A DNA stretch of 64,000 nt from Acidobacteriota bacterium (lineage in GTDB: Bacteria > Acidobacteriota > UBA6911), in the NCBI GenBank assembly GCA_016933615.1, contig JAFGAO010000061.1, forward strand, positions 2,082 to 66,081, read 5' to 3'. A program made the position numbers and the translations under genes. Below, one piece after another: positions 38,714-47,821 of this stretch (positions are counted from its first letter, which is position 1; each line of letters begins with the position of its first letter). Under the pieces are notes generated by a model. That model was not told the origin of the DNA. It made no database searches and saw only the letters and a program-made list of their open reading frames with translations.

Positions 38714-39020
38714 GAAACCTCCGCGTGTATAAAATTTTAGGATTGAATTATACAGAAGTATTCATGCCATAGACGTTCCGGAACCATGAAAAGGGCGGCA
38801 GCGAAAAGCGCGCCGGCCCTCCCCGCCCGGCTGTCGGATTTTTTACCCGGCATCAGGCCGGCTGATATCAGGCTTCCCGGCAAAAAGCTGCACTTCGATT
38901 CATCCTCAATATCGCCGTTGGAACGCTCAATCCCGGAATCCCCGCCGAATCGGGATGTCGAAAACCGGAATTATTCCCCAGGAACATAAAAATAATGGGA
39001 CCGGCAAGAGAAGCCCGCCT

Positions 39021-40379
39021 TCATGGATTTATAAGCGTGTATATTTTATCCGGGCAATCGCGGAAATACTGATCCAGCCTGTAGTCTTTTTTCAGGGTTT
39101 CAGCTATTAAAACGCTGCGCGGAGTATCCCTTGTAATGATACAGCGGGGCCTTTTGTCCAGAATGGCCCGGAGTTCCTTATCCCCGTCAATTTCCAGAGT
39201 CTTATTGTGTTCTTTGTTGAAAATCAATGAGGGATGCACATAGCGGGTGGGTGGCAGTGCATCCAGCAAAAAATAAATAATTTGATGCGAATCACTGGTA
39301 TATATGCTTGCTTCGCAATGCAGAACTTCCTTAATATATTTTGCCCTCTCCCGGGCACAATCCGCTTCGTCGTAATATGCTTTTTTCTGAATAAAAAGAT
39401 TCACCGCGATCAGAAATGCCAGCAGCGCGTATCCCGTTTTCCTTGAGAAAAGGGACTCGACGACACGCGGTTTTTTTACTTCCGGCGAAAAGAAATTCCC
39501 CGCGAGGAGCGATACGGGAAGCATTAATTGAATAAAGTAATGGTCGAAGAGTTTTCCGGGGATCAGCACGCTCGCCAGGCAGAACGCGGACCATAGACCG
39601 GCAAAAAGCTTTTCACGAATTGTATATCCGCGGATTCTATATCCGGCCAGCAACGACCAGAAAAAGAAAACAAAAATGGGCAGGAATTTTAAAATAAACT
39701 CAAGTATCCAAAGCATGGAAGGGATAAAACTTATTTCCTGCGCATAATTGAAGAATGCACTGTAATGAATCCGGCGGAAATCGTCAAAATGTCCGGAAAG
39801 ATAGAAAGCCAGGTTAACCAGTGCAAATGGAACCAGGAAAAGAACACCGGATATGAAGTATAATCCAAGCTTTCTGGGCGTCAGCTTCTTGCCGATCCAA
39901 TCCGTTATCAGCAGGAACAGGAAAATGGCCGTTATGTCGAAAACCACAACGATCTTAATGAGGAAACCCGTTCCGATAACGATCCCGGCCAAGGGAAAAC
40001 GCCAGGCACTCCTGCTCGAGAACAGGATATAAACAGCCAGGGCCGTAAATAAATTAAAAAAATGCTCCGTATTGACGGATACTCCATAGTAAGTCCAAAT
40101 GGAGATGAAAAAGATGTACAGTATTCCGCTGGCCAGGGCCGCCCTCCTTCCATGGCCGATACTCAATTTTATTTTATAAAGCAGGAACGAGGTCAGTCCA
40201 ATGACGACGGCGCCAAAAAGCCTGAATCCGAAAATAGTGTTGCCGAATATCTTTAGAAAAGCGGCGGTGATATAAAATATGCCCACCGGCTTAATATCGG
40301 TGACGTCCGTATACAAGAGTTTGCCTTCATTTATTTCATCGGCGATAACGAGGTAGGTCGATTCATCGTGGTCGATCAC
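39021..40379 (-). CDS. GT39/ArnT-like (PMT_2-type) polytopic glycosyltransferase; N-terminus appears disrupted
   Basis: 452 aa from the GTG at 40379, multi-TM. An early DHDESTY (DExxY-type) motif follows what should be TM1. TM1 (KILLLLTVLAVVIRFFSFF) is encoded in frame upstream of 40379 but has no ATG/GTG/TTG. G+C is much lower than the flanks: I hand-counted 42 and 37 G+C in two 100-nt samples. Confidence 0.7.
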   Translation of the reverse strand: MIDHDESTYLVIADEINEGKLLYTDVTDIKPVGIFYITAAFLKIFGNTIFGFRLFGAVVIGLTSFLLYKIKLSIGHGRRAALASGILYIFFISIWTYYGVSVNTEHFFNLFTALAVYILFSSRSAWRFPLAGIVIGTGFLIKIVVVFDITAIFLFLLITDWIGKKLTPRKLGLYFISGVLFLVPFALVNLAFYLSGHFDDFRRIHYSAFFNYAQEISFIPSMLWILEFILKFLPIFVFFFWSLLAGYRIRGYTIREKLFAGLWSAFCLASVLIPGKLFDHYFIQLMLPVSLLAGNFFSPEVKKPRVVESLFSRKTGYALLAFLIAVNLFIQKKAYYDEADCARERAKYIKEVLHCEASIYTSDSHQIIYFLLDALPPTRYVHPSLIFNKEHNKTLEIDGDKELRAILDKRPRCIITRDTPRSVLIAETLKKDYRLDQYFRDCPDKIYTLINP

Positions 40380-41056
40380 TGAAGGAAAGAAAGAAAAAAA
40401 ACGGATAACGACAGCAAGGACCGTAAGAAGCAGCAGTATCTTACAATCCGCAAATGCGGGTGGGGGTGCGCTTGTTACACATCGATTGGACGATAAAAGT
40501 CTGAAGAAAATGCGATTAATCCCCGCAATATCCGTAAATGACAGGAATCCTTCGCCCTGCGGGATTCTGTCACCGCAGGGGTTGCCGATGCCCGGATCGG
40601 ATGCCGGATCCTGTTCGAAGGAAAGAGGGGGGTCAATTGGAAAAACAGGCTATTTCTTTTCGAAACCCCATCAGTATCGAAACCTTGACGGCCTCTTCTC
40701 CTGCAGTTTCAGGCAAACCGTTCTTGGATTTTCCAGGGGGATTTTACTACAATCGCAGGCGGATTAAACTATAACCCTGTAATTTAAATAAGGGCGGGAA
40801 CGCTTATGACCTGGAAATGGTGCAGAAGAAGATTTTCCATGCATCCACCGGCGTTTCGCGCATTTCCTGCGCGCGACTTTCAGCATCGCGGGCATGCGCA
40901 GGATCGCGGATCCACCGCGGGGCCTCTTCCCTTTTATTGCCGGACAATCTTTTCCCTTTACTAAGGAAATTGCTCTTTCCGGAATTCATAAACCGTCCGG
41001 AAGCGCAAGACAGACGGGATCCGAAGCCGCTATTGCAATGGCCGGGAGGATTTCCT

Positions 41057-42754
41057 ATGATTGCATCTTTCATGGACCTAGGAGCGCCCGTGTCGTCTTC
41101 CAAATCCAGAAGTGGCGGTTCCCCGCAGCTGGACTTTCCGGACATGGAGTCCCTGCCCCCGGAGGCAAAAGAAGAACCCGTCGAACCGCCGGAAACCAGG
41201 AAGCGGGAAACCGCCGAGAGCATGGCCCGGCGCCAGAGGGAAATCTCGATCTCGGAGTTCTTCAGCAAGAACCGCCACCTGCTCGGTTTTGACAACCCCC
41301 GCAAAGCACTGCTGACCACCGTGAAGGAAGCCGTCGACAATTCCCTGGACGCCTGTGAAGACGCGGGAATCCTACCCTCCCTGAAGGTGGAAATCATCCA
41401 GATCGAAGAAGAAAGGTTCCGGGTCTGCGTCGAGGACAACGGGCCGGGAATCGTCAAGGCCCAGATCCCCAAGATCTTCGGAAAGCTGCTCTACGGCTCC
41501 AAGTTCCACACGTTGAAGCAGTCCAGGGGGCAACAGGGCATCGGGATTTCCGCCGCGGGAATGTACGGTCTTCTCACGACGGGAAAGTCGATTGCCGTGA
41601 CCTCCCGGACCGGCCCGGGGAAGCCGGCCCACTACTACGAAATCCAGATCGACACCCGGAAAAACGCCCCCCAGGTGATCACCGACCGGGTCGTCGAATG
41701 GGAGCCCCCCCACGGAACCCGGGTCGAAATCGAGCTCGCCGGAACCTATAAAAAGGGGAGGCATTCCGTCGACGATTACATCCGCCAGACGGCCATCGCG
41801 AATCCCCACTGCGAAATCGTATTTTCCGTCCCCGGCGAAGACGGGCCGCTGCATCTCGAGCGCGGCTCCTCGGTCCTGCCCCCGGAGCCGAAGGCGATCA
41901 AGCCGCACCCCTACGGCGTGGAGCTCGGCGTGCTGATACGCATGATGAAGGAATCCCCCGTCCGGCAGCTCGGCGCTTTCCTTCAAAAGGAATTCTCGAG
42001 GGTCAGCAGCCGCGTCGCGCAGGAAATCTGCGGGGAGGCTTCCCTGAAAACGCGGGCCAACCCCCGCTCCATCGCTGCCGGCGAAGCCGAACGCCTTTAC
42101 AGGGCGATCAATTCGACCAAGATCATGAGCCCGGCCACCAACTGCCTTTCTCCCATCGGCGAAGAGCAGATCCTGTCGGGGCTGAAAAAGGAGATCGACG
42201 CGGATTTCTACACGGCCGTGACGCGGTCGCCTTCCGTGTACCGCGGCAATCCGTTCCAGGTCGAGGCCGGTCTCGCCTACGGCGGGACCCTTCCCGGGGA
42301 CGAACTGGTCGAACTGATGCGCTTTGCCAACCGCGTCCCGCTTCAGTACCAGCAGTCCGCGTGCGCCATATCCAAGGCGGTTCTGGGAATCGACTGGCGC
42401 AGCTACGGCCTGTCCCAGTCAAAAGGCGCCCTGCCTGCGGGGCCGGTTCTGCTTTTTGTCCATATTGCCTCCGCCTGGGTGCCCTTCACATCGGAAAGCA
42501 AGGAAGCCGTGGCGGCCTACCCCGAAATCACGCGCGAATTGAGGCTGGCGCTCCAGGAGTGCGGGCGCAAACTGGCGTCCCACATCCGGACCCACCGGCG
42601 GGCGGCCGAAGAGCAGAAGAAAAGATCCTATATCGAAAAATACATCCCCCACATAGGCATCGCGCTGCGCGAAATCCTGGGATTTTCGGAAAGCGCGGAA
42701 AATAGACTGGTCGAAACTTTGAAAGACGTCCTCGAGCGCAGTCGAACAGCGTAG
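41057..42754 (+). CDS. top6B: DNA topoisomerase VI subunit B (GHKL ATPase + transducer)
   Basis: Motifs are [17 protein letters not shown], the N-box [10 protein letters not shown]1 DNGPGI, G2 [10 protein letters not shown], and transducer-region conservation ([46 protein letters not shown]). The ATG at 41057 lies 6 nt after GGGAGGA. Confidence 0.9.
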   Translation: MIASFMDLGAPVSSSKSRSGGSPQLDFPDMESLPPEAKEEPVEPPETRKRETAESMARRQREISISEFFSKNRHLLGFDNPRKALLTTVKEAVDNSLDACEDAGILPSLKVEIIQIEEERFRVCVEDNGPGIVKAQIPKIFGKLLYGSKFHTLKQSRGQQGIGISAAGMYGLLTTGKSIAVTSRTGPGKPAHYYEIQIDTRKNAPQVITDRVVEWEPPHGTRVEIELAGTYKKGRHSVDDYIRQTAIANPHCEIVFSVPGEDGPLHLERGSSVLPPEPKAIKPHPYGVELGVLIRMMKESPVRQLGAFLQKEFSRVSSRVAQEICGEASLKTRANPRSIAAGEAERLYRAINSTKIMSPATNCLSPIGEEQILSGLKKEIDADFYTAVTRSPSVYRGNPFQVEAGLAYGGTLPGDELVELMRFANRVPLQYQQSACAISKAVLGIDWRSYGLSQSKGALPAGPVLLFVHIASAWVPFTSESKEAVAAYPEITRELRLALQECGRKLASHIRTHRRAAEEQKKRSYIEKYIPHIGIALREILGFSESAENRLVETLKDVLERSRTA

Positions 42755-42825
42755 AGGTCTCTGGCTTTATGGTTGCGCGCGGATTCCGGACAATCGGCGC
42801 CGCAAACGGAAAACAGGATCGGTTC

Positions 42826-43953
42826 ATGGCGAAAAAAAGCGTATCGGCAGAAAAGCGGGGGCCCTCCGGCGGGAAAAATGTCCTCGAGGCGATCCGGGCA
42901 TCGGCCCAGGATATTCATAAGAAAATCCTGGCGCGGAAGAAACCCACAATGAAGTTTCCGGTACGGTCCCTGTCCAATGTCCGCTACCATCCGCAGCGCG
43001 GCTTTTTCGAGATAGCCGGGCGGAAAAAAGAACGCACCCTCACCGTCAACACGGTCAAAACATTCGCCCAGACCCTCCGGATGGTGTCCCTTTCGAAAGA
43101 ACTGATTGAAAACGACGACATCGCCACCAAAAGGGAAGCCTATTACGTGTCCAAGAACTGGGAGGAGGCGCGCTTCAACGAGCAGCCGGAGTCGGACACG
43201 GTGATGGACGACGTCGAGGCCTATTTCGCGGTCAACCGCGAGCAGTTGGGCTTTATTCCCGAGGAAAAAGGCGGGGACGTCGCCGGGCGCCTCGTGGTCA
43301 TCGACCACGACCGGGATACCGGCAAGGCACTGCGCATCGACTGCACCAGGTTCGGATCCGGCGCCTACAGCATCCCGATCTCGGTCGAACAGCTGGAGTT
43401 TGAAACCGGCGCCGACTTCATCCTGGTGATAGAAACCGCGGGCATGTTCCAGAGGCTGGTAAAGCACAACTACTGGAAAAAGGCCAACTGCATCCTGATC
43501 AGCATGGGAGGCGTGCCTACGCGCGCCTGCAGGCGCTTCATACGGCGGCTGGCGGACTCGAAGAAAATCCCCGTCTACGTTTTCGTCGACGGCGATCCGT
43601 ATGGAATAACAAATATTTACCGGACCCTGAAAGTCGGATCCGGAAACGCGGCGCACCTTAACGAGTTTTTCTGCGTCCCCCAGGCCAGTTTCCTGGGAAT
43701 TACGCCGCAGGACATCGTCGACTACCGGCTTCCGACGCACCCGCTAAAGGATGTGGATATCAAGCGCGCCCGGGACGCGATCAAAAACGACCCCTTTATC
43801 CGGCACCATAAGGAGTGGATCCGGGCCATTGAACTTCTGCTGAAGATGAGCGTGCGCGCGGAACAGCAGGCGCTGGCCAAGCACGGCCTGAATTACGTCA
43901 TCGACACCTATCTACCCGAAAAACTGAGGCGCCCCGAGCGCTTCCTGCCCTAA
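42826..43953 (+). CDS. top6A: DNA topoisomerase VI subunit A (Spo11/Top6A; 5Y-CAP + Toprim)
   Basis: The catalytic-Tyr segment is ATKREAYYVS. The Toprim Glu is in FILVIETAGMF and the DxD is in VYVFVDGDPYGI. The C-terminus has RAEQQAL. An alternative in-frame ATG lies at 42769. Confidence 0.9.
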   Translation: MAKKSVSAEKRGPSGGKNVLEAIRASAQDIHKKILARKKPTMKFPVRSLSNVRYHPQRGFFEIAGRKKERTLTVNTVKTFAQTLRMVSLSKELIENDDIATKREAYYVSKNWEEARFNEQPESDTVMDDVEAYFAVNREQLGFIPEEKGGDVAGRLVVIDHDRDTGKALRIDCTRFGSGAYSIPISVEQLEFETGADFILVIETAGMFQRLVKHNYWKKANCILISMGGVPTRACRRFIRRLADSKKIPVYVFVDGDPYGITNIYRTLKVGSGNAAHLNEFFCVPQASFLGITPQDIVDYRLPTHPLKDVDIKRARDAIKNDPFIRHHKEWIRAIELLLKMSVRAEQQALAKHGLNYVIDTYLPEKLRRPERFLP

Positions 43954-46334
43954 TATTCCCTCACGCCGCCGGTCGGAACCGTCAATACCTTTCGATACTG
44001 GGGAACGACAGGCCTGCCGCCCGCATCCAGCTTCACCGGTTCCAGCTCATATCTCACGGCCCGGGCTTTGAGGCACCGGCCCTGTGCGTCTTTTTCCTCT
44101 ACAAGGAGCCCCTCCGCGTTGAACTCCCGGACTCCCTCCGGCCCGAAGCGCAGCCAACCCAGCATCTCCCCTTCGGGCGTGTATCGATACACGTCCCGCC
44201 ATTGCTTCACGGATGCGATTCTGAAATCCACATAATTTTGGCGCCAGTCGCCGCCGACAGTGCCGGGGAAAAGGATCCGGCTCAGCAAAACCGCGTTCAG
44301 CCGCTCGACCATGCCCTTCTCGTGCCGGGTAAGGCGTCCGGACGTGAACCCATCCCCCGGCCTCACCGGTTTCAGCCTGAAGGAGGATCCTCCGGAATCC
44401 ACGGCCACACCGTAAACGAGGAGGGATTTGCGGACCTTTTGAAATTCTTCGACGGCTTTTTTATCGGAAGCGGCAACCAGCGCCAGGACATCCTTTTCAT
44501 TGGCGGCGAAAAGATCCGGATCCCGCATCAGGGAATCGAGCGCGTCCTCTACCAGGGCGGAAGCCCCGATATCCAGGCGTGGCATTTTTTTCGCAAGGAT
44601 TTCTTCCTCCGACTTCGTGATCGCGGCGACAGCGCTGCCGGCCTCCCGGTACTCACGGCTCAGATTTTCCTGTGCCTTCCGCGCCGCTTCCAGGGCCTCC
44701 GCGGCTTCCGCGAGGCCTGCTTCGGCCTGCGCGCTTTTGCGGGCCGACAGGGATTTTTTCGCCTCGGCCAGCTTTGCTTCAAGGGACCGGATCTCCTCCC
44801 TCGACTTGCGCAACGCGGCGTCGGCCTTTTCCTTTCTCTCTTCCGCGCCAAGCCGCCCGGCGTGGATTCTGCGGTACTCTTTCGAAACCCGGCCCAACGC
44901 ACCGATCTCGGCAGGCGTAAACTGCTCCCTCAATAACCTCTCCGGCCAGGAATTTCCGCCGGATTCCATAATGTCGAAAAAGCGGGACCAGTCGGCGACG
45001 GAGACAAAGGATGTTCCGGCGTCGTAGGCGATCTCGAGCGGTCGCCCGTCGGAGTGATAGCTTCTGGCTTCGCTATCGAGGCTGTAGAAGGTTATAAATG
45101 CCGGCGGAGAATAGTAGATGCCATTGTGGACAAACACGCCGATGTCCACCCGGTTCGATTCCAATCCCGGTTCGCCCGCTACCGGGAAGCGCCCGTGATA
45201 GGCGACCGTGATTTCGGCCCTGGAGCGGGATTGGTTCAGGTAATCGATCCTGATTTTTTCAGGGTCTCCGCGCAGAACGGCCCAGTGGTATTTCAGGGGG
45301 CGGTTATTCAGGTCCCTGCTGCCTTCGGCGCTTACCGTCATTTTGCGCAGGTATTGCGATCCCCGGACGATGCGCGCGACCGCGGCCGGAGTGTCCGCGA
45401 GCTTTTCCGTAAGCTCCGGTTCGAAGCAGTCGACGCCCGGAACCGGCGCGTCTTCCCGAACCACCCGCAGCAGCGCAATCGGGGGGATGTCCGAAAGGGC
45501 AATCCCGTGCGCCATATCGACCATTTTCCCGGCATCGACGTCGCTCCCGCGCATGACGGTCGGGTGCGCCTTGCCGGTCAGATACTCCTCGGGGCGTTCG
45601 AGGCGTTTGCTCGTGATTCTCAGAATCATCTGAACGGCCGGCATCAGCATGCCCGATTGAACCAGGCGTTCCTTCACCTCCGGCCGGAATGCCGCCAGGA
45701 CGTAGGGCAGCGCGCGCATGAAGGGCTGGTCCGATCCGGAAGACCCCTGCGAGATAATCAGGTACGGCGTGTTGGCGGGATACAGATCGCCGTATCCGGC
45801 CGCTTGGCCCGCCAAGCCGATGCCGTTGTGCCCGGGATCGTGGTCGCGGTGTTCGGGGTATATGTAGAGATTGTTCCGGGCGTACTGCGCGAAGAGAAAT
45901 TCCAGCCCGCCCGTCAGCGTGTAATAGGTTCTCGCGTTGCTGCCGGTCCTTTCGGGTCCGGCCGCGGTCGAGGAATTCCCGAAGACGACATGGGGAAGAA
46001 TCTTCGTCTGCATGCCGTAGTTCTGCCGGTCCCTGATCTGTTCTTCCGTGTATTCGACTTTGCTCAACTGGGGGTAAGGGGCGAGCTTCAGACTGGAGTG
46101 CCCCCCGTCGCGGTTGTCGTAATAGTCCCCGTAGTTGCCGGCGGCGGTGCCCCGGGAATACCAGTCCCGCAAACGCTCCCCGATCTCCCCGCCGTCGACG
46201 GCCACGGGTATTTCCGTCAGCCTCGTGGCGGGCAGCACGGGCGGTTCCTGCTGTCCCCGCAATGCCGAAGAAGCGACGAGAACGCATACAAACCCGATCC
46301 ACAGCCGGTTCCCAAGTTCATGCCGCACTTCCAT
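43950..46334 (-). CDS. Large secreted hypothetical protein (about 794 aa) with a central Ala/Glu/Lys-rich coiled coil
   Basis: I chose the ATG at 46334 for its signal-like N-terminus, MEVRHELGNRLWIGFVCVLVASSALRGQ. Conserved-looking His/Asp patches are NYGDYYDNRDGGHS and IYPEHRDHDPGHNG. The coiled-coil stretch is RKEKADAALRKSREEIRSLEAKLAEAKKSL.... I recognise no family. Confidence 0.65.
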   Translation of the reverse strand: MEVRHELGNRLWIGFVCVLVASSALRGQQEPPVLPATRLTEIPVAVDGGEIGERLRDWYSRGTAAGNYGDYYDNRDGGHSSLKLAPYPQLSKVEYTEEQIRDRQNYGMQTKILPHVVFGNSSTAAGPERTGSNARTYYTLTGGLEFLFAQYARNNLYIYPEHRDHDPGHNGIGLAGQAAGYGDLYPANTPYLIISQGSSGSDQPFMRALPYVLAAFRPEVKERLVQSGMLMPAVQMILRITSKRLERPEEYLTGKAHPTVMRGSDVDAGKMVDMAHGIALSDIPPIALLRVVREDAPVPGVDCFEPELTEKLADTPAAVARIVRGSQYLRKMTVSAEGSRDLNNRPLKYHWAVLRGDPEKIRIDYLNQSRSRAEITVAYHGRFPVAGEPGLESNRVDIGVFVHNGIYYSPPAFITFYSLDSEARSYHSDGRPLEIAYDAGTSFVSVADWSRFFDIMESGGNSWPERLLREQFTPAEIGALGRVSKEYRRIHAGRLGAEERKEKADAALRKSREEIRSLEAKLAEAKKSLSARKSAQAEAGLAEAAEALEAARKAQENLSREYREAGSAVAAITKSEEEILAKKMPRLDIGASALVEDALDSLMRDPDLFAANEKDVLALVAASDKKAVEEFQKVRKSLLVYGVAVDSGGSSFRLKPVRPGDGFTSGRLTRHEKGMVERLNAVLLSRILFPGTVGGDWRQNYVDFRIASVKQWRDVYRYTPEGEMLGWLRFGPEGVREFNAEGLLVEEKDAQGRCLKARAVRYELEPVKLDAGGRPVVPQYRKVLTVPTGGVREY

Positions 46335-46686
46335 GTTTCCGTTTCTCCGGTGCATCCGCCCGGTGCAATCCCCGATCCGATCCGGGCCGTCCGACACCGT
46401 CCTGCGCCGGCGCCCCGGCATACGGATCGGCAGGGGCGACCGACGTTCTTATTTCAAAGGGCGGAGAACGGCACGGCTGGGGCCGGCATCCCCGTTGTCA
46501 TGAAGTAAATATCGTACCATCCGTCGGGAACTTTTACGGCCATTGCAGCCTCCGGTTATTTCGTTTGTAATAAGGGCTATCTTAACCGATGCCCCTGACG
46601 ACATCCTCAAAAAAATGACGGGAAGACGGCAACGGTCTTTCGGATATAATGGCCGTCCAGAATACAACGCACTCCGGGAGAGGCAT

Positions 46687-46956
46687 ATGGCGGTCAGAGC
46701 TCGCGGTCTCCTTTTGGCAGGGCTGCTGTATCTGCCGATGCTGCCTTTGAGCGGCGGCTCGGCCGAAGCGGCCGAATACGCCATCGGCGCGGATTTGTCC
46801 TTTCTCATGTCAGCCGAAGAGAACGGCACGGTGTTCAAAGGAGACGGCCGGGCGGAAAGATTTACCGGCCCGGGCGGGCTGACCGAGTGGACGCAGAGCC
46901 GAAAGGACCTTTGCGCCGATCATTTGGGCTGCACTTCGCCCCGGGAAAATGTATAA
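46687..46956 (+). pseudogene. Possible remnant of a GH53 (arabinogalactan endo-beta-1,4-galactanase) gene: signal peptide plus about 25 N-terminal residues only
   Basis: MAVRARGLLLAGLLYLPMLPLSGGSAEAAEYAIGADLSFLMSAEENGTVFKGDG resembles the start of the GH53 domain (GADxSxL...E..G..F). After that the frame degenerates and stops at 89 aa. I found no continuation in the other frames. Confidence 0.3.
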
Positions 46957-47049
46957 TTCAAACGTTGCGGAAAATGTTTCGAAGCCGAAGTTTAATACTG
47001 TGGCCGCACAATCCTGTGGCCGGCCACCCATCATTAATAAACGGGGAGA

Positions 47050-47433
47050 ATGATGATCAAGAAAAAGAGCATCTATTATTGCAAAAAGTGCCACAACATC
47101 GTCGAAAGCCTGTGGAACGGGAAGGCTCCCATAATGTGCTGCGGTGAAGCGATGCAGGAACTCGTGGGAAACACGGTCGACGCGGCGGTGGAAAAACACG
47201 TGCCGGTCATCGAACGCGACGGGAATAAAGTGACGGTCCGTGTCGGAAGCGTCCCTCATCCCATGGAAAAGGATCATTATATTTTATGCGTGGAAGTCCT
47301 CGCCGGGGATAAAGTGTACAGGCACGACTTCAAGGAAGGGGACACAAAAGCCGAAGCCGTCTTCACCATCGAGGAAGCCGACATCGTGGCACGGGAATTC
47401 TGCAATCTGCACGGGTTGTGGCAAACCAAATAA
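47050..47433 (+). CDS. dfx: Desulfoferrodoxin (2Fe superoxide reductase)
   Basis: The centre I cysteines are YYCKKC...MCCGE. The centre II ligands are EKHVPVI, HPMEKDHYI and CNLHGLW. The product is 127 aa and colinear from recall with Desulfovibrio Dfx. Confidence 0.9.
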   Translation: MMIKKKSIYYCKKCHNIVESLWNGKAPIMCCGEAMQELVGNTVDAAVEKHVPVIERDGNKVTVRVGSVPHPMEKDHYILCVEVLAGDKVYRHDFKEGDTKAEAVFTIEEADIVAREFCNLHGLWQTK

Positions 47434-47453
47434 TCCAGCTGGACCGTTGTTAT

Positions 47454-47488
47454 GCATTCGATCCCACAGCGAGCGTGAGATCGAATGC
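47454..47488 (+). terminator. 10-bp stem hairpin after dfx (weak terminator candidate)
   Basis: GCATTCGATC-15 nt-GATCGAATGC begins 21 nt after the dfx stop. It is followed by a C-run rather than a T-run. Confidence 0.3.
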
Positions 47489-47821
47489 CTCCCCCCCCAA
47501 TGCGCCCCGCCGCTGTTTGCGCCTTACCCTTGTATATCCGTGCGTTGCTGAAACGGTCCGGGGCATTCGAAAAACCGTGTGCGCTCCCGCATTCCGTATC
47601 CCGGTCGGATCGAGACTCCGCCGGCATCCCTCCGTCCGTTTTTCACGGAGCATCCCGCGCTTTGAGGTCTTTCCTCCGGGCCGCCGCTTTGATCCATGAT
47701 TTGTCGCCGTTTATCCGAGGACTTGTAGTGTATCTCATTGATTTTTCTGATACATTACTTGAGTTCCATTATATTTTCCCGGCGGCGGGAACGGGACAGG
47801 CAGCGGATTCATCCCTTCAGT

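Noticed and set aside
40486-40767. 93-aa TTG-initiated ORF between the GT39-like gene and top6B
   Set aside because: It has no SD and a low-complexity Ser/Gly/Pro composition, and it overlaps the open upstream frame of the GT39-like gene. It is probably non-coding.
42628-43740. 370-aa minus-strand ORF
   Set aside because: It is antisense to top6A, whose frame carries all the Toprim and 5Y-CAP motifs.
45054-46508. 484-aa plus-strand ORF
   Set aside because: It is antisense to the large secreted protein gene. The product is Arg/Pro/Gly-rich with no start-site signals.
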